Shown here: positions 49,865 to 61,312 of the stretch, piece by piece
Numbering within the stretch: the first letter of the stretch is position 1
Layout of the letters: the number at the start of each line of letters is the position of its first letter
Origin: Heteronotia binoei
Taxonomy: Eukaryota
DNA: 64,000 bases
Direction of reading: 5' to 3'
Assembly: GCF_032191835.1 (NCBI RefSeq)
Contig: NC_083232.1
Coordinates: 44,702,001 to 44,766,000, forward strand
Translations under genes and position numbers: made by a program
The notes under the pieces: generated by a model
Told to the model about the DNA's origin: nothing
The model's input: the letters and a program-made list of their open reading frames with translations, nothing else
Databases searched by the model: none

Positions 49865-50079
49865 CTGACCTGGATGGCCCAGGCTAGCCTGATCTCATCA
49901 GATCTTGGAAGCTTAAGCAGGGTTAGCTGTGGTTAGTATTTGGATGGAAGACCACCAAGGAAGTCCAGAGTCTCTGTGTTGAGGCAAGCAATGGCAAACC
50001 ACTTCTGAACCTTTCTTGCCTTAAAAGTCTTATGGGGCTGCCATAAGTCAGCTGTGATTTGACAACACTTCCCACCACC
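49865..50079 (+). mobile_element. 5S-rRNA-derived SINE with Bov-B/RTE-like 3' tail
   Basis: 49885-49956 aligns to 5S rRNA (cctgatctc.tcagatct.ggaagct.aagcaggg...tggttagta.ttggatgg.agacc); tail gcaatggcaaaccac...ccataagtcagctgtga.ttgac. Confidence 0.8.
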
Positions 50080-51396
50080 TATCCAGCATAGACAAAACTC
50101 AAATCTCTTCAGCTTTTACTAAGTTGCTGCTGCATCATGTGCTTATAGACCATGCCCTGGAATTTTGAAGTTTTCTTTCATTGCTAAGGGAAAACTTTGC
50201 AATAAACTCGATAATCTCCTGGGCATTTTTTATATTGACACACACTGCTGCTATACTAGTTAATTTTCCAAAATTGCTGTTCTTTGCAATTCTGCACATT
50301 CCTCTGACTCCATCCATATCCTCTAACTTATTACCTGAATGCTATTTTATTAACCTTCATATGCCTGAATTGATGTTCTCTGTTCCTAGATCATTTTTTA
50401 CTTTTAATAGTTTTCTTGCCCTTTTCCTTTGCTAGAATCTTGAACTGTGTGATGCTTGATACAATAAAAAGGACACATATGGTCCTAATTCTGCTACACT
50501 CCTCACTGTTTGCAGATTCTTAGAATGTCTGCCTATCTTTGGATAGCAAAAGGGATGTGATGATACTAGGGTGAGACCCTACTGTGTAATTCGGTGTCAC
50601 CACAGAGCACTTCTGAGAATGGCCTAAAAACCTAATAGAACCCGGGATAAAATCAGTACGCATTACAGCTTACTGTGGCTCATAAAAAAAAAAAAACTAG
50701 CTTAAAGGATTTAAACTGTTTTTAACTACATGGGGAAATTGACCTAAAACCACACATGGTAATTTGAATATGGAATCATTTGTTTTTGTACGTGGTTGAT
50801 GTCCATGAACATTGAGTTTCACCCTGTCATTGTCTTCTGAGCTGTAGTAATAAGAAAATTGCGCTGATTAGACAGAATGGTATTGTGTCCAGGACAAAAA
50901 CGGTGATGTCATTCTGCATTTGTGCTGAAGAAGGCCTGTGGGAAAACTATTCCGCTCTTTCCCATCCACTTTCTGTATGTAGAGGAAAGCAGATCATGTT
51001 ACTAATGAGAAAACAGTGCAGCGTCTAGTTAATTTCACATCATAAGTCTATTTAAATGCCTTGAAACCACTGACTGCATTCCACTTCCAGACTCTTTTAT
51101 GCTGACAATTTTATGCGGCCATTTAAAATTACAGCCTATTTAAGTTGCATTATTCTAAGAGCGACATATCTGAAATGGGAACAAGAGCTATGGTCTAGGA
51201 AAAGGTTGAAATAGCAGAGAGCTTGCTGTCCTCTGGCATCTAGGTATTGCAGTCTATCCAATATTCTTTCCATATTATGCTGTGTTGTTACAATTCCCTT
51301 TAATACCAAGCATCATGGTCAAGAGGCTATGTCTAGGGTGATGGAAGACCTTCACTTGAACACATGGTAGGGCTTTATCATACTAAGAGGGCTCTC

Positions 51397-51920
51397 AGAG
51401 CCAGTTTATGGTAGTGGTTAAGAGCATCACTCTCTAATCCGATGAACCGGGTTTGAGTCCCCACTCCTCCACACACAGACAGCTGGGTGACCTTGGGTCA
51501 GTCACAGTTCTCTCAAAGCTGTACTGATTCCTCACTAGCAGTTGCTCTGTTCCCAAGCTTCTGCTTTCCCTGATTCAAGTGATTAATTTCCCACCAGTTC
51601 CTGCATAGGCACATTTTGATCCATGGCTCTTTCCAATTTCCATCATAGCTTCCTGCTCTTGTTTTTTTAGCATTCTAGAAGCTGCAAGGGAAATTGGAGT
51701 GAGCCGTGGGTCAAAATGCACCCATGCAGCAACTGGTTGATCATTTGAGCCGGGGAAAGCAGAAGCCTGGGGGTGGAGCAACTGTTAGTGAGGAATTGGT
51801 CCTGTTCTCTCAGAGCTTTTTCAGCCCCTCCTACCTTACAAGGTGTCAGTTGTGGGGAAAGGAAGGGAAGGTGATTGTAAGCTGCTTTGAGTCTTCAAGT
51901 TAAGGGCAAGGTATAAATCC
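51397..51920 (+). mobile_element. Squam3/MIR-like SINE with an internal insertion
   Basis: tRNA-like head 51397-51510; tail resumes at ~51800. Confidence 0.65.
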
Positions 51921-52039
51921 TCCTTCTCCTCCAATAGGAGCCCCCTATTGAATTTGCAGTGCCCCCACAGCTTTCCCTCTGCAGCTGGGCCCCTCACTGG
52001 CCATGTGTGCCTGCAGCTTAGTCTCTGTTGCCCACATCC

Positions 52040-52500
52040 TGCCCATTAGTAGAATCAGGCCTCGTTCTGGGCAGGAGCTCACAGGAGTGGTGCTCCGAAA
52101 CCTATAAATTTTATTGTGCTCTTTCTTTCTTACCCTTACCTAAGAAATGCTTCTGGGCTACATTGTTCAAACTCCTTGTGAGAATTTTGCTGAACTTTAA
52201 GATTTAACTAATTTTCTAATATTTCTTCCCCCCACAAAAAAAGGGAAAATAGCCAAAACTTAAAAAGCAGACAGATGGAAATCTTCATCATGCCACTGTG
52301 GCCTGGCCACATAGGAAGAAGTAATTTAAAAAATATGATGGGAGTAAGGTTTTATTGTGACAATTATAATTCAAGAAACATTTCAAGGTAGATGGTGAGC
52401 TGATATAATTTAGCACACCTTCCGGTGATGTCAGGGGTATATGGTATGTGCAAATGAGTTGTGCTAATGAGCTCTGGTATCTCTTTTCTACAAAATGACC
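52040..52500. mobile_element. Non-autonomous hAT-like element (CAGG TIR)
   Basis: Begins caggcctcgttctgggcaggagctc, ends ttttctacaaaatgaccc; related end at 58965-59115. Confidence 0.5.
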
Positions 52501-52728
52501 CATGAATAGAATAATATATTAAAAACTTCTAGCAACACTTCTGTGGTGATCTTAGTTATAGTAGCAGCTGTAAGCAATAGGGTTGGAAGCTCTGCCAGCT
52601 GGGAGATATAGTACAGCAGGCCAGAAAACAGGAAGGAGAAGGGAGAAGATTTGCCGTGGACAAAAGCTGACTTACTGAGTGATGCAGCAATTGTTATGCC
52701 TATTTAAGACGTACAATAAACCTTGTTT

Positions 52729-53396
52729 TAGGGTTGCCAAGTCCAATTCAAGAAATATCTGGGGACTTTGGGGGTGGAGACAGGAGACATTGGGGGTGGA
52801 GCCAGGAACAAGCATAATTGAACTCCAAGGGAGTTCTGGCCATCACATTTAAAGGGACAGCACACCTTTTTAAATGTCTTCCTTCCATAGAAAATAATGA
52901 AGGATAGGGACACCTTCTTTGGGGGCTCATAGAATTGGAGCCCCTGGGCCAATCATTTTGAAACTTGGGGGGTACTTTGGGGAGAGGCACTAGATACTAT
53001 ACTGAACATTTGGTGCCTATACCTCAAAAAACAGCTCCCCAAGAGCCCTTGAAACCTCCAGATCAATTCACCATTATACCCTATGAGAATCGATCTCCAC
53101 ATAGGGAATAATGAAGTGCTCAGCAGATGTTTCCCTCCCCCCCCACCCCATTTCTGGCGACTCTGAAGCGAGGGATTGGCCTGTCTACTCACGAGTTGCT
53201 GCCAGCTTCTTCAAAGTAACACAGACACACCATCCCAAGAGGAAGCCTTTCAATTGGAGGCTGAGGCCTCCAGAGGTGAAAAGGCACATGGTCCTCTGGG
53301 GGCGGGGCTTCCCCCCGCCGGCCAGCTGACTGGGGGTGGGAAGGAGCCTGGGAAAGCGGAAGAACCCCCGCTGGGACCTGGGGATTGGCAAGCCTA
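52729..53396. mobile_element. TAGGGTTGCCA MITE (extended type)
   Basis: Both TIRs; similar to 24096; no TSD recovered. Confidence 0.82.
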
Positions 53397-54614
53397 AGGA
53401 GTTCCCAGTGTCCACTCCAACTCTACCTACCTTCTCTAGATGCCCAGTGCTTTCCTCTGCCTGCTTCATGATACTGCCTGCCCTATTAGGAGGTGCCAAA
53501 CATTGTTCCTGGTCTGCTATGCTATGGAAGAAGTATGGCTATCTACAAAATTGGGATCTTATTTTTTCATATCTCTGAAGTCTGGCAGAAATAATCCCTT
53601 TGGGTGACATTGTAACCTGGGAAATTCCATCCAAACTGGACAGTAAACAATGGTCACTGGGACCATTTCCCTTGACTGTTTGAAATTTGATCATAAGCAT
53701 CTCTTGAATATTCTCTATTCTATCCTTCAAGTGACAAAACCACTGGTAGCATGCTCCAGCCATTTATCATATTTTTTTAAAAAAAACATACAAACTAAAC
53801 CTAGGGTTAAAGAACTTCACCACTGCTTTTTGTCCTTTTCTCAAAGTAATGCCAAGACAATGGTAAGTGAAATGTTTCTAAAGTGGCTAAAGAAATGCAT
53901 GCAATATCATCTGAGAATGCAAGCTCAGATACGCATATAAAACAGTCCTCAGATACGCATATAAAAAGTGCAAAACCTACAAGAATGAGAGGAATCAATT
54001 CAGAGTTCAAATTTTGACCCACAATGTCAAATAGATGCTCACACAAATAAATGTTATTGCTAGATACAGAAAAGTGCAATTGTTATAGAAACGGTAACTT
54101 TACACTCTATAATTATTGTTTCAACATTAATCTGATGTGCATGTTGTGATATAAATGTAAATCTTAGCATTCATATCAAACCCCTGATAAAATGATTATG
54201 TGATTTGGTTTCATGAATTTGGATTTGGATTATAGGGATCCCCTTTGAGCTAAATACTCCTCATTACAACTGTTTTGTTCTTCAAGGTGGTTATAAGGAA
54301 GGTGATGCCAGTTTCTTTGCATAACATGGAAATTTATTTTAGGTTTGATAACAGAACCCCAGAGAATGCAGCTTTCCTTCCAGTTTCATGGCAAATTATA
54401 ATAAACAACTAACTGAATTAGTTATTAATAATGTAAAAGAAAATAATTTGCTCTTTTTATTTGCATCAGCTGTCTAATTTTTAAAGGTTCATTCTAACAT
54501 CTGTGCTGTATCATTACATCCATGTCTACTTTTAAATATACCATCTTGTATATTACTAAGATTTTTCATTAATTGTCACCAAGCAACCAAGTAAAATTTA
54601 AGTTCCAAACAAGG

Positions 54615-55045
54615 TAGGGTTGCCAACCCTCAGGTGGGGGCAGGGGATCCCCTGGTTTGGAGACCCTCCCCCCATTTCAGGGTCATCAGAAAGCAGGGGG
54701 TGGGGGAGGAAGTGTCTGCTGGACACACCATTATTCCTTGTGGGGACTGATTCCCGTGGGGTATAATGGAGAATTGATCTGCAGTTATCTGGGGTTCTAA
54801 GGGAGATGCTTTTTGAGGTAGAAGCACCAGATTTTCCACATAGCATCCAAAGCCTCTCCTCAAAACACCTTCTGAGTTTCAAAAGGATTGGACCAAGTGG
54901 TCCAATTCTATGAGCCGCAAAAGAAGGTGCCCAATCCTTCATTATTTCCAATGGAGGGAAGGCATTTAAAAGGTGTGCAGTCCCTTTAAATGTGATGGCC
55001 AGAACTCCCTTTGGAGTTCAATTATGCTTGGCTCAGCTTTGCTTC
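54615..55045. mobile_element. TAGGGTTGCCA MITE (long type, right end lost)
   Basis: Left TIR and core similarity to the 40738 copy. Confidence 0.8.
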
Positions 55046-55953
55046 TGGCTCCAGAACTCTAAAACTGCTTGGTAGCTTGAGGAGGCATGCAGCAGTCATT
55101 GGATTGCATCTGGCATCCCAAGGTAGCCAGACACAGCTAGAGACGGGTTGTAGAGTTAGGTATTTTGCTTGTATTCCTATGAAAAGAGGCAGCAGTGCAC
55201 TCCAGTTAATAATACACACAGGCAAGCTTACCATCTGTTTCTTACTGTCATTGCAAACAAGACAGGTCAACACATGCTGAATTCAGGCCGACACTCCCAT
55301 ATAAGTCCTGCAAGCCCCCAGTGAGGGGAAGGGGTTCCTTGCTCTGAGCTCCCATTGCACACAGCCACTACAAGCAGCAACAGGAAGATTTTTTTTTAAT
55401 TCACCAGTGTTGTGAGTGTGATGATGTCACTTCTGGGGAAAACCTTTAAGTGATGGTGGTAGCTGCAGGAATTGCCAGAAACTCTATGGTAAAACTGGAA
55501 GTGATATCATCATATTCACTTTGCCACCCCCCCCCCCCCACCCCATGTCCTGAAGTGAAACAAATCTTTTCACAGAACAGAACAGAAGGATGCTAATTCA
55601 TTTCTCTTCCCACAGTATTTCCACTATTTATATTGCTGACTTAGTAACTTAGGGATTGGTTTCTTAAGTTTTAAGTATACATAATGCACCAAGTTTTCTC
55701 TTTCTCAAAGGTCCTAACTACATGATACTCTTAACAGATTGGTATACAGAGCACTCAAGGTGTATGTTTGTTTTTTAAGCTCACCAGGTTTTTGAAGCCT
55801 GGTTGAGTTTGGGACAACGAAATGAGATGGAGCATCAAGCCATCCCTGCACTTTTTTCCCAAATGAAAATCACTTTGGGGGTGCTATATTCTGCCCCCTT
55901 TGTGAAAGTGCACAGGCATCTAATACTGCATATATTTTCATAATGGAGGAAAT

Positions 55954-56598
55954 TAGGGTTGCTGGCCTCCAGGTGGGGCCTGGAAATCTCCGACTTTTAC
56001 AACTGATCTCCAGCTGGCAGAGATCAGCTACCCTGGAGAAAATGGCTGCATTGAAGGGTGGGCTCTATGGCATTATAGCAGACTGAGGCCCCTTCCCTCC
56101 CCAAGTCCTGCCCTATCCTGGCTCCATCCCCAAAATCTCCAGGTATTTTCCAACACACACCTGGCATTGCCAACTCAAGAAATATCTGGGGACTTTGGGA
56201 GTGGAGCCAGGAGCAAGAGTATGACAAACATGATTGAACTCCAAAAGGAGTTCTGTCAATCTCATTTAAAGGGACCATGCTCCTTTTAAATACCTTCCTT
56301 CCATAGGAAATAATGGAGGATAGGGGCACCTTCTTTGGGGGCTCATAGAATTGGACCCCCTGGTTCAATAGTTTTGAAACTTGGAGGGTGTTTTGAGGAG
56401 AGGTACCTGATGCTATGCTGAATTTTTTGTGCCTCTACGTCAAAATACAGCCCCTCTGGAGCTTCAGATACCCACATATCAAGTCTCCATTATATTCTAT
56501 ACTCAGACATCCCCCCCACTTTCTGATGACCCTGAAGTGGGGGGGAGGGCCTCCAAACTGGGGGATCCCCTGCCCCTTCCTGGGGATTGGCAACCCTA
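55954..56598. mobile_element. Tandem fusion of short-type and long-type TAGGGTTGCCA MITEs
   Basis: Short type 55954-~56165 runs directly into long type ending TTGGCAACCCTA. Confidence 0.78.
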
Positions 56599-57146
56599 CC
56601 TACTTCAGAGGGGGAACAAATGTCTTCTAGCATTCTCTGCGTAAATGTTAAAGTTGCCTTGTGCATGCAGTTTCAAAGCTGAATTAGCAAACTGTGCTTG
56701 GATAGTTCAGAAGAAACATTTTGTGAATGCAGAGGGACTTAGTAGAAATGTCTCTTTGATAGACACATATATGGCATATCTGTTTTCCTGTCAATGCAGA
56801 TCTTGTTTCTCATTTACATTCCTTTTGCACCCATTAAATAATAGCCCCCATCAACATGTATGTAGCATTGGCAGTGGCGCTGATTGATTCAAAGTTCTGT
56901 TGTGTATTTGAGCAGGGAGGCAGAAAACAAAACAGAAGCAAGACTATAATTGAGCTTTTACGGTATTTCTAAAAGACTCCCCCCCCCCTTTTTTTTTTTT
57001 GCTCAACTGTGTATACATATATCATAATGGTGCCATCTCTTGACTGTGTACAGAAGTTTTCATAGTGATATGGCTGCCCCCTTGCCATAATCCCAAGCTG
57101 TTCTGCACCCAGTTTCAACCTTTGAAGCCACTTTTCTCTGCATAAT

Positions 57147-57318
57147 GGGCCCAGGCAAAAGCAGAGAAGCAGTGCCTGCCCTGCTCAGAGCCTTCTTTCC
57201 CTTGCACATGTCAGGGAATGACAGGTGTGTTAGGTAGGGGGCACCCAGTGACACCCCTGTAGGTCAGGTGGTGCTCTAGGTGGCCACCTACCTGGCCTAC
57301 TCCCACACAGTGGCCCTG
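57147..57318 (-). mobile_element. Partial copy of the 62572 hAT MITE, inverted
   Basis: Reverse-complement similarity to 62572-62740. Confidence 0.78.
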
Positions 57319-57467
57319 TTTGCATATTAGGTCACACCACCTGAAGTTACCATTGTTTCACAGAATTTTTTTGTAGAAAAAGCCCAACATGGACTCATTT
57401 GCATATTAGGCCACACCCCTTGACACCAAGCCAGTCAGAACTGTGTTCCTGCTCAAAAAAAGCCCTG
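57319..57467 (+). mobile_element. CAGGGCTTTT-family MITE, long form, left end lost
   Basis: Two (A/G)TTTGCATATTAGG boxes; right TIR AAAAAAGCCCTG. Confidence 0.82.
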
Positions 57468-57751
57468 AATGTTGCTGAAGTGTTATCATTTCTCCAGGAG
57501 AGATATAGTTGTTCCAAAGTGGAAGATGATGTGTGGAGCAATTGAGAAGCTAGTTGGCAGAAGAGTGCCCAGTTACCTTCTGGCTGTTGGAAAATAGCAA
57601 CATGTTGTGTACAAAGAAGATTACAAAAGAAGATCCTGCAGGGGGCAGCAAGCTCTAGCTAGACAGGACTGTGTATGTGTGGGGGGAGGAGGTAATCTTC
57701 CTTCTCTTGTCTGACTAAATAATACCACTCTTAGGGTTGTTTCTTCTAGAG

Positions 57752-58258
57752 CAGCGGTCCCTAACCTTTTTAGCACCAGGGACCGATTTTGTGAAAGACA
57801 ATTTTTCCATGGACTGGGGAGGTGGGGATGGTTTCGGGATTATACAATTGTGCATTTTATTTGTATTAGTTTGGTGTAGTGGTTAAGTGTGCAGACTCTT
57901 ATCTGGGAGAACTGGGTTTGATTCCCCACTCCTCCACTTGCAGCTGCTGAAATGGCCTTGAGTCAGCCATAACTCTTGCAAGAGTTGTCCTTGAAAGGGC
58001 AGCGGCTGTGAGAGCTCTCTCAGCCCCACCCACCTCATAGGGTGTCTGTTGTGGGGAAGGAAGGTAAAGGAGATTGTGAGCCGCTCTGAGACTCTGAGAT
58101 CCAGAGTGGAGGGCAGGATATAAATCCAGTGTCATATTATTATTGTTGGTATTATTACTACATTGTAATATATAATGCAATAATTATACAACTTACCCCC
58201 GGTTGCTAACAGGCTATGGACCAATACCGTTCCACGGCCCAGGAGTTGGGAACCCCTG
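57752..58258 (-). mobile_element. hAT-Charlie non-autonomous element, MER1/Charlie3/OposCharlie1-like
   Basis: TIRs CAGCGGTCCCTAACC / GGGAACCCCTG; perfect TSD TTCTAGAG; termini match my recollection of the MER1A/B consensus. Confidence 0.8.
57868..58135 (+). mobile_element. Full-length Squam3/MIR-like SINE nested in the Charlie element
   Basis: tRNA head with A/B boxes; L2-like tail gagccgctctgagac...gggcaggatataaatcc. Confidence 0.88.
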
Positions 58259-58532
58259 TTCTAGAGCAGTCCAGAAGTCTCTCTCAGCTAATAAGGCAGC
58301 TAGGTTTATCTCTTCTACACTATTAGTTCTAAATAAAGCTTTCTTCACTTTTAATCAGTTCCATGTCCTGACGGCTGCATAGGCAATCTGCCAACTCTGC
58401 CATGGGGCCTACTTTTGTTCATCCTTTCTTAGAACACTTCTCCAGCTGTGGACTGTACCACTGCACAGTGCAAGTGAGCAATTACTTTTTTCACAGGTTC
58501 CCTAACAGTAATTCCCTATCAATGGGAAACTA

Positions 58533-58749
58533 GGGCTAATTCTGCACTCACCTTGCTCCGGGGCAGGATTCCGTTTCTGTCCGAGGCAAGCTGGTGATTT
58601 CGCACCAGCTGCTCTGTGCTGCCATTTTGCTCTGTGGCAACCTGTGATTTGCCACGCAGTGGCGTAAACCTGTTTTTTCAGGTTTACGCTGCTGCACAGC
58701 AAATCGCGGGTTGTCCTGGGGCAAAATGGCAGCGCGGAGCAGCTGGTGC
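58533..58749. mobile_element. Truncated Harbinger-like palindromic MITE
   Basis: Left end GGCTAATTCTGCAC; 71-bp inverted arms 58602-58672 / 58679-58749. Confidence 0.65.
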
Positions 58750-58964
58750 CCCAAAAGAAGGTGCCCCTATCCATTATTTCCTATGCAAGGAAAAAGTATT
58801 CAGTCCTTTGAAATGTGATGACCAGAACTCCCTTTGGAGTTCAATTAAGCTTGTCACACCCTTGTTCCTGGCTCCACTCCCAATGTCTCCTGGCTCCACC
58901 CCTAGTCTCCTGGCTCCACCCCCAAAGTCCCCAGATATTTCTTGAATTGGACTTGGCAACCCTA
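58750..58964. mobile_element. Partial long-type TAGGGTTGCCA MITE
   Basis: Right TIR TTGGCAACCCTA and family core. Confidence 0.8.
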
Positions 58965-59947
58965 GTGGGAGCTCACAGGAGTGCAGCTCCTGAACTTTCT
59001 GAGAGTTCCACCTCCTCCTTCTGAGAGTTCCACCTCCTTGTTCATTAAGTAATATGTGCAGCTGCATAACAATCCCTGGATGAGCTCCACCACCTATTTT
59101 TCTACAAAACAACCCCTGGATAATACAGTGGGTAGAAAGCCCCTCACCTAGAGAATGTCCCTTCAGGATTTACCACCCTCACACTGACTTTGGAATTACT
59201 CAGTATATTTGGATATTGCCAACAATTGTGATGCCTTTAAATAAAAGAAGTGTGTGTGTGTGTGTGGGGGGTGAACTGTCAGTTTAATATTGAATGGGAC
59301 AACAACTCTGACAATTAATAATGTTATAACCTGGTCCTTTTAACCAGGGGTTTTGACCAGGGGTTGAATTAAAAGGGTTACTTGCATTAATATGTTCTAC
59401 TTTTTACATTTATTTTAATGCTGATCATCCACCTCTCTAGGAAACTTCTTGAAGTGACTCATAACAAACTTATATAAACAACTAAAACTATAATTTAAAA
59501 TAATTGGCGGGAACAAAAAACAAAACCCTCAGAAAACTGTAAAGGAGCCCCCCCCCCCACAAAACCCCATAAAATGCAATTCAGCAGCAAATACTGTAAA
59601 GACATAGCAAAATCCATATAAAATCTGTAAAAACCCATATAAAATCTGTAATCTACACAAAATCAAAATTTGCAAATGAAAAGAGGTGGTAAAATAACCA
59701 GAGAAGGGGGGAAACGCCTCCATGAAAAGCCCAGGCAAATAAAATCTGTCTTGAACTTTTGTCTGCAGTGGCCAGGCAACTTTTATGTGTGTCTCATTCA
59801 AAGTGACAGGGAGAGCATTAGTGGTATGATAACCAGACTTATCTAGGGCTCAAGTTCTCAGACTTATCTAGGGCCTGCAGTCAGTGCAAAATTACATTTT
59901 ATTTGGTGGGAACTTAGGAAAACACTGAGATCTAGGTGGTTCAGAGA

Positions 59948-60165
59948 TAGGGTTACCAGCTCTGGGTTGGGAAATACCTGGAGATTTGGCAGTGGAGCCT
60001 GGGGGAGGTGGGGCTTTGGGAGGGGAGGGACCTTAGTAGGGTACAATGTCATAGAGTCCATCCTCCAAAACAGTAATCTCCTCTAGGAGAAGTGATCTGT
60101 GTCACCTGGAAATCAAGAATAACAGCAGGAGATCTACAGGCCCCACTTGGAGGATGGCAACACTA
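59948..60165. mobile_element. Short-type TAGGGTTGCCA MITE 220 bp upstream of exon 2
   Basis: Perfect TSD TTCAGAGA. Confidence 0.88.
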
Positions 60166-60394
60166 TTCAGAGATCATTAAGATACCCTTTTAAAATCAGG
60201 AACTAAACGGTTTTTATATCTATTCTAGGGTTGCATATGCCACATACGAAACCAATTTATTATAGTGTCACAGCCTTTTTGCAGAATGTCTATTAATCAA
60301 TTCACTTAAGAGAAGGGGCTAAAGTATTTCTAATTTTAAAATTAGTTTCTGACTTTTTAATGTACTGTTTTTTTATTTCTAACAGAAAATCAGC

Positions 60395-60502
60395 ATGTCG
60401 GATAAGAGTGATTTAAAAGCAGAGCTTGAGCGTAAAAAGCAACGTTTGGCTCAAATAAGAGAGGAGAAGAAACGAAAGGAAGAAGAAAGGAAAAAGAAAG
60501 AG
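60395..60502 (+). CDS. DYNC1I1: First coding exon of cytoplasmic dynein 1 intermediate chain 1 (36 codons; exon begins 60386 with 9 nt of 5' UTR)
   Basis: Translates [36 protein letters not shown], the dynein IC N-terminal coiled coil. SDL at residues 5-7 matches DYNC1I1 (DYNC1I2 has SEL). Acceptor ttttatttctaacag|AAAATCAGC ATG; donor GAG|GTAAGT; phase 0. Confidence 0.93.
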
Positions 60503-61117
60503 GTAAGTGTGGGTTGCTGCCCCGTGATGCCTCATTCCGATCTTTATAGTTCTGTTTGGACATATTTATAGTCTCCAGATCTTACATATATTTCTAAGCT
60601 AGCATGAAACACAAAATCTAAAAATACAAAAAAGAGATAATATTTATGTTTCCCAAAGAGCTTAGCTTAATGGAAGACTCATAAAAAGTTCTGCTCTTGA
60701 CATCAGTCTCGAAACACTTCATTCCATTTGTGAGACCCTTCAACCTGATGTTTCATATCAATTCAATCCATTTTTTCCTAACCCTTCTATCAAAGGAACT
60801 AATGTAGTATACATGGTTCTACTCCCATTTTGTCCTCACAACAACCCTGTGAATCTTGTTAAGACACATGAGAGAAAAGCTAGACCACGGTAACCTAGAG
60901 AAGTCACTGGCTGAGAAGAGATCTGAACTTGGTTCTCCAGGGTCTTAGCCTGTCATTCCAACCACCATACTATATTGGCATTGACTTTGTAAGAAAAGCT
61001 CTTCTGATCAAGGGCTTCTCTACTCCAGCTTGCAGTATGTAATTAGATGCTTGCAAAAGTCCTTTTCTTTATTCTGTATCCCCTTAAAAAGTTAAAAATA
61101 AAATATATAAACAAAAC

Positions 61118-61312
61118 CAGGGCTTTTTTTGAGCAGGAATACACAGGAACGCAGTTCCAGCTGGCTTGGTGTCAGGGGTGTGGCCTAATATTCAAATGAG
61201 TTCCTCCTGGGCCTTTCGTACAAAATCCGGTTTGAAACAATGGTGACATCAGAGGCTGTGGCTTAATATGCAAATGAGTTCCTGTTGGGCTTTTTCTGAG
61301 AAAAAAGCCCTG
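61118..61312 (-). mobile_element. CAGGGCTTTT-family MITE, long form
   Basis: TIRs; TSD AACAAAAC / AACAAAAT. Confidence 0.88.

Noticed and set aside
49885-49956. Functional 5S rRNA gene
   Set aside because: Partial and diverged, lacks 5S ends and terminator, and is fused to a LINE-like tail.
60395-60502. Assignment to DYNC1I2
   Set aside because: Residue 6 is Asp (MSDKSDLK) as in DYNC1I1; DYNC1I2 has Glu. This rests on one residue, so synteny should confirm it.
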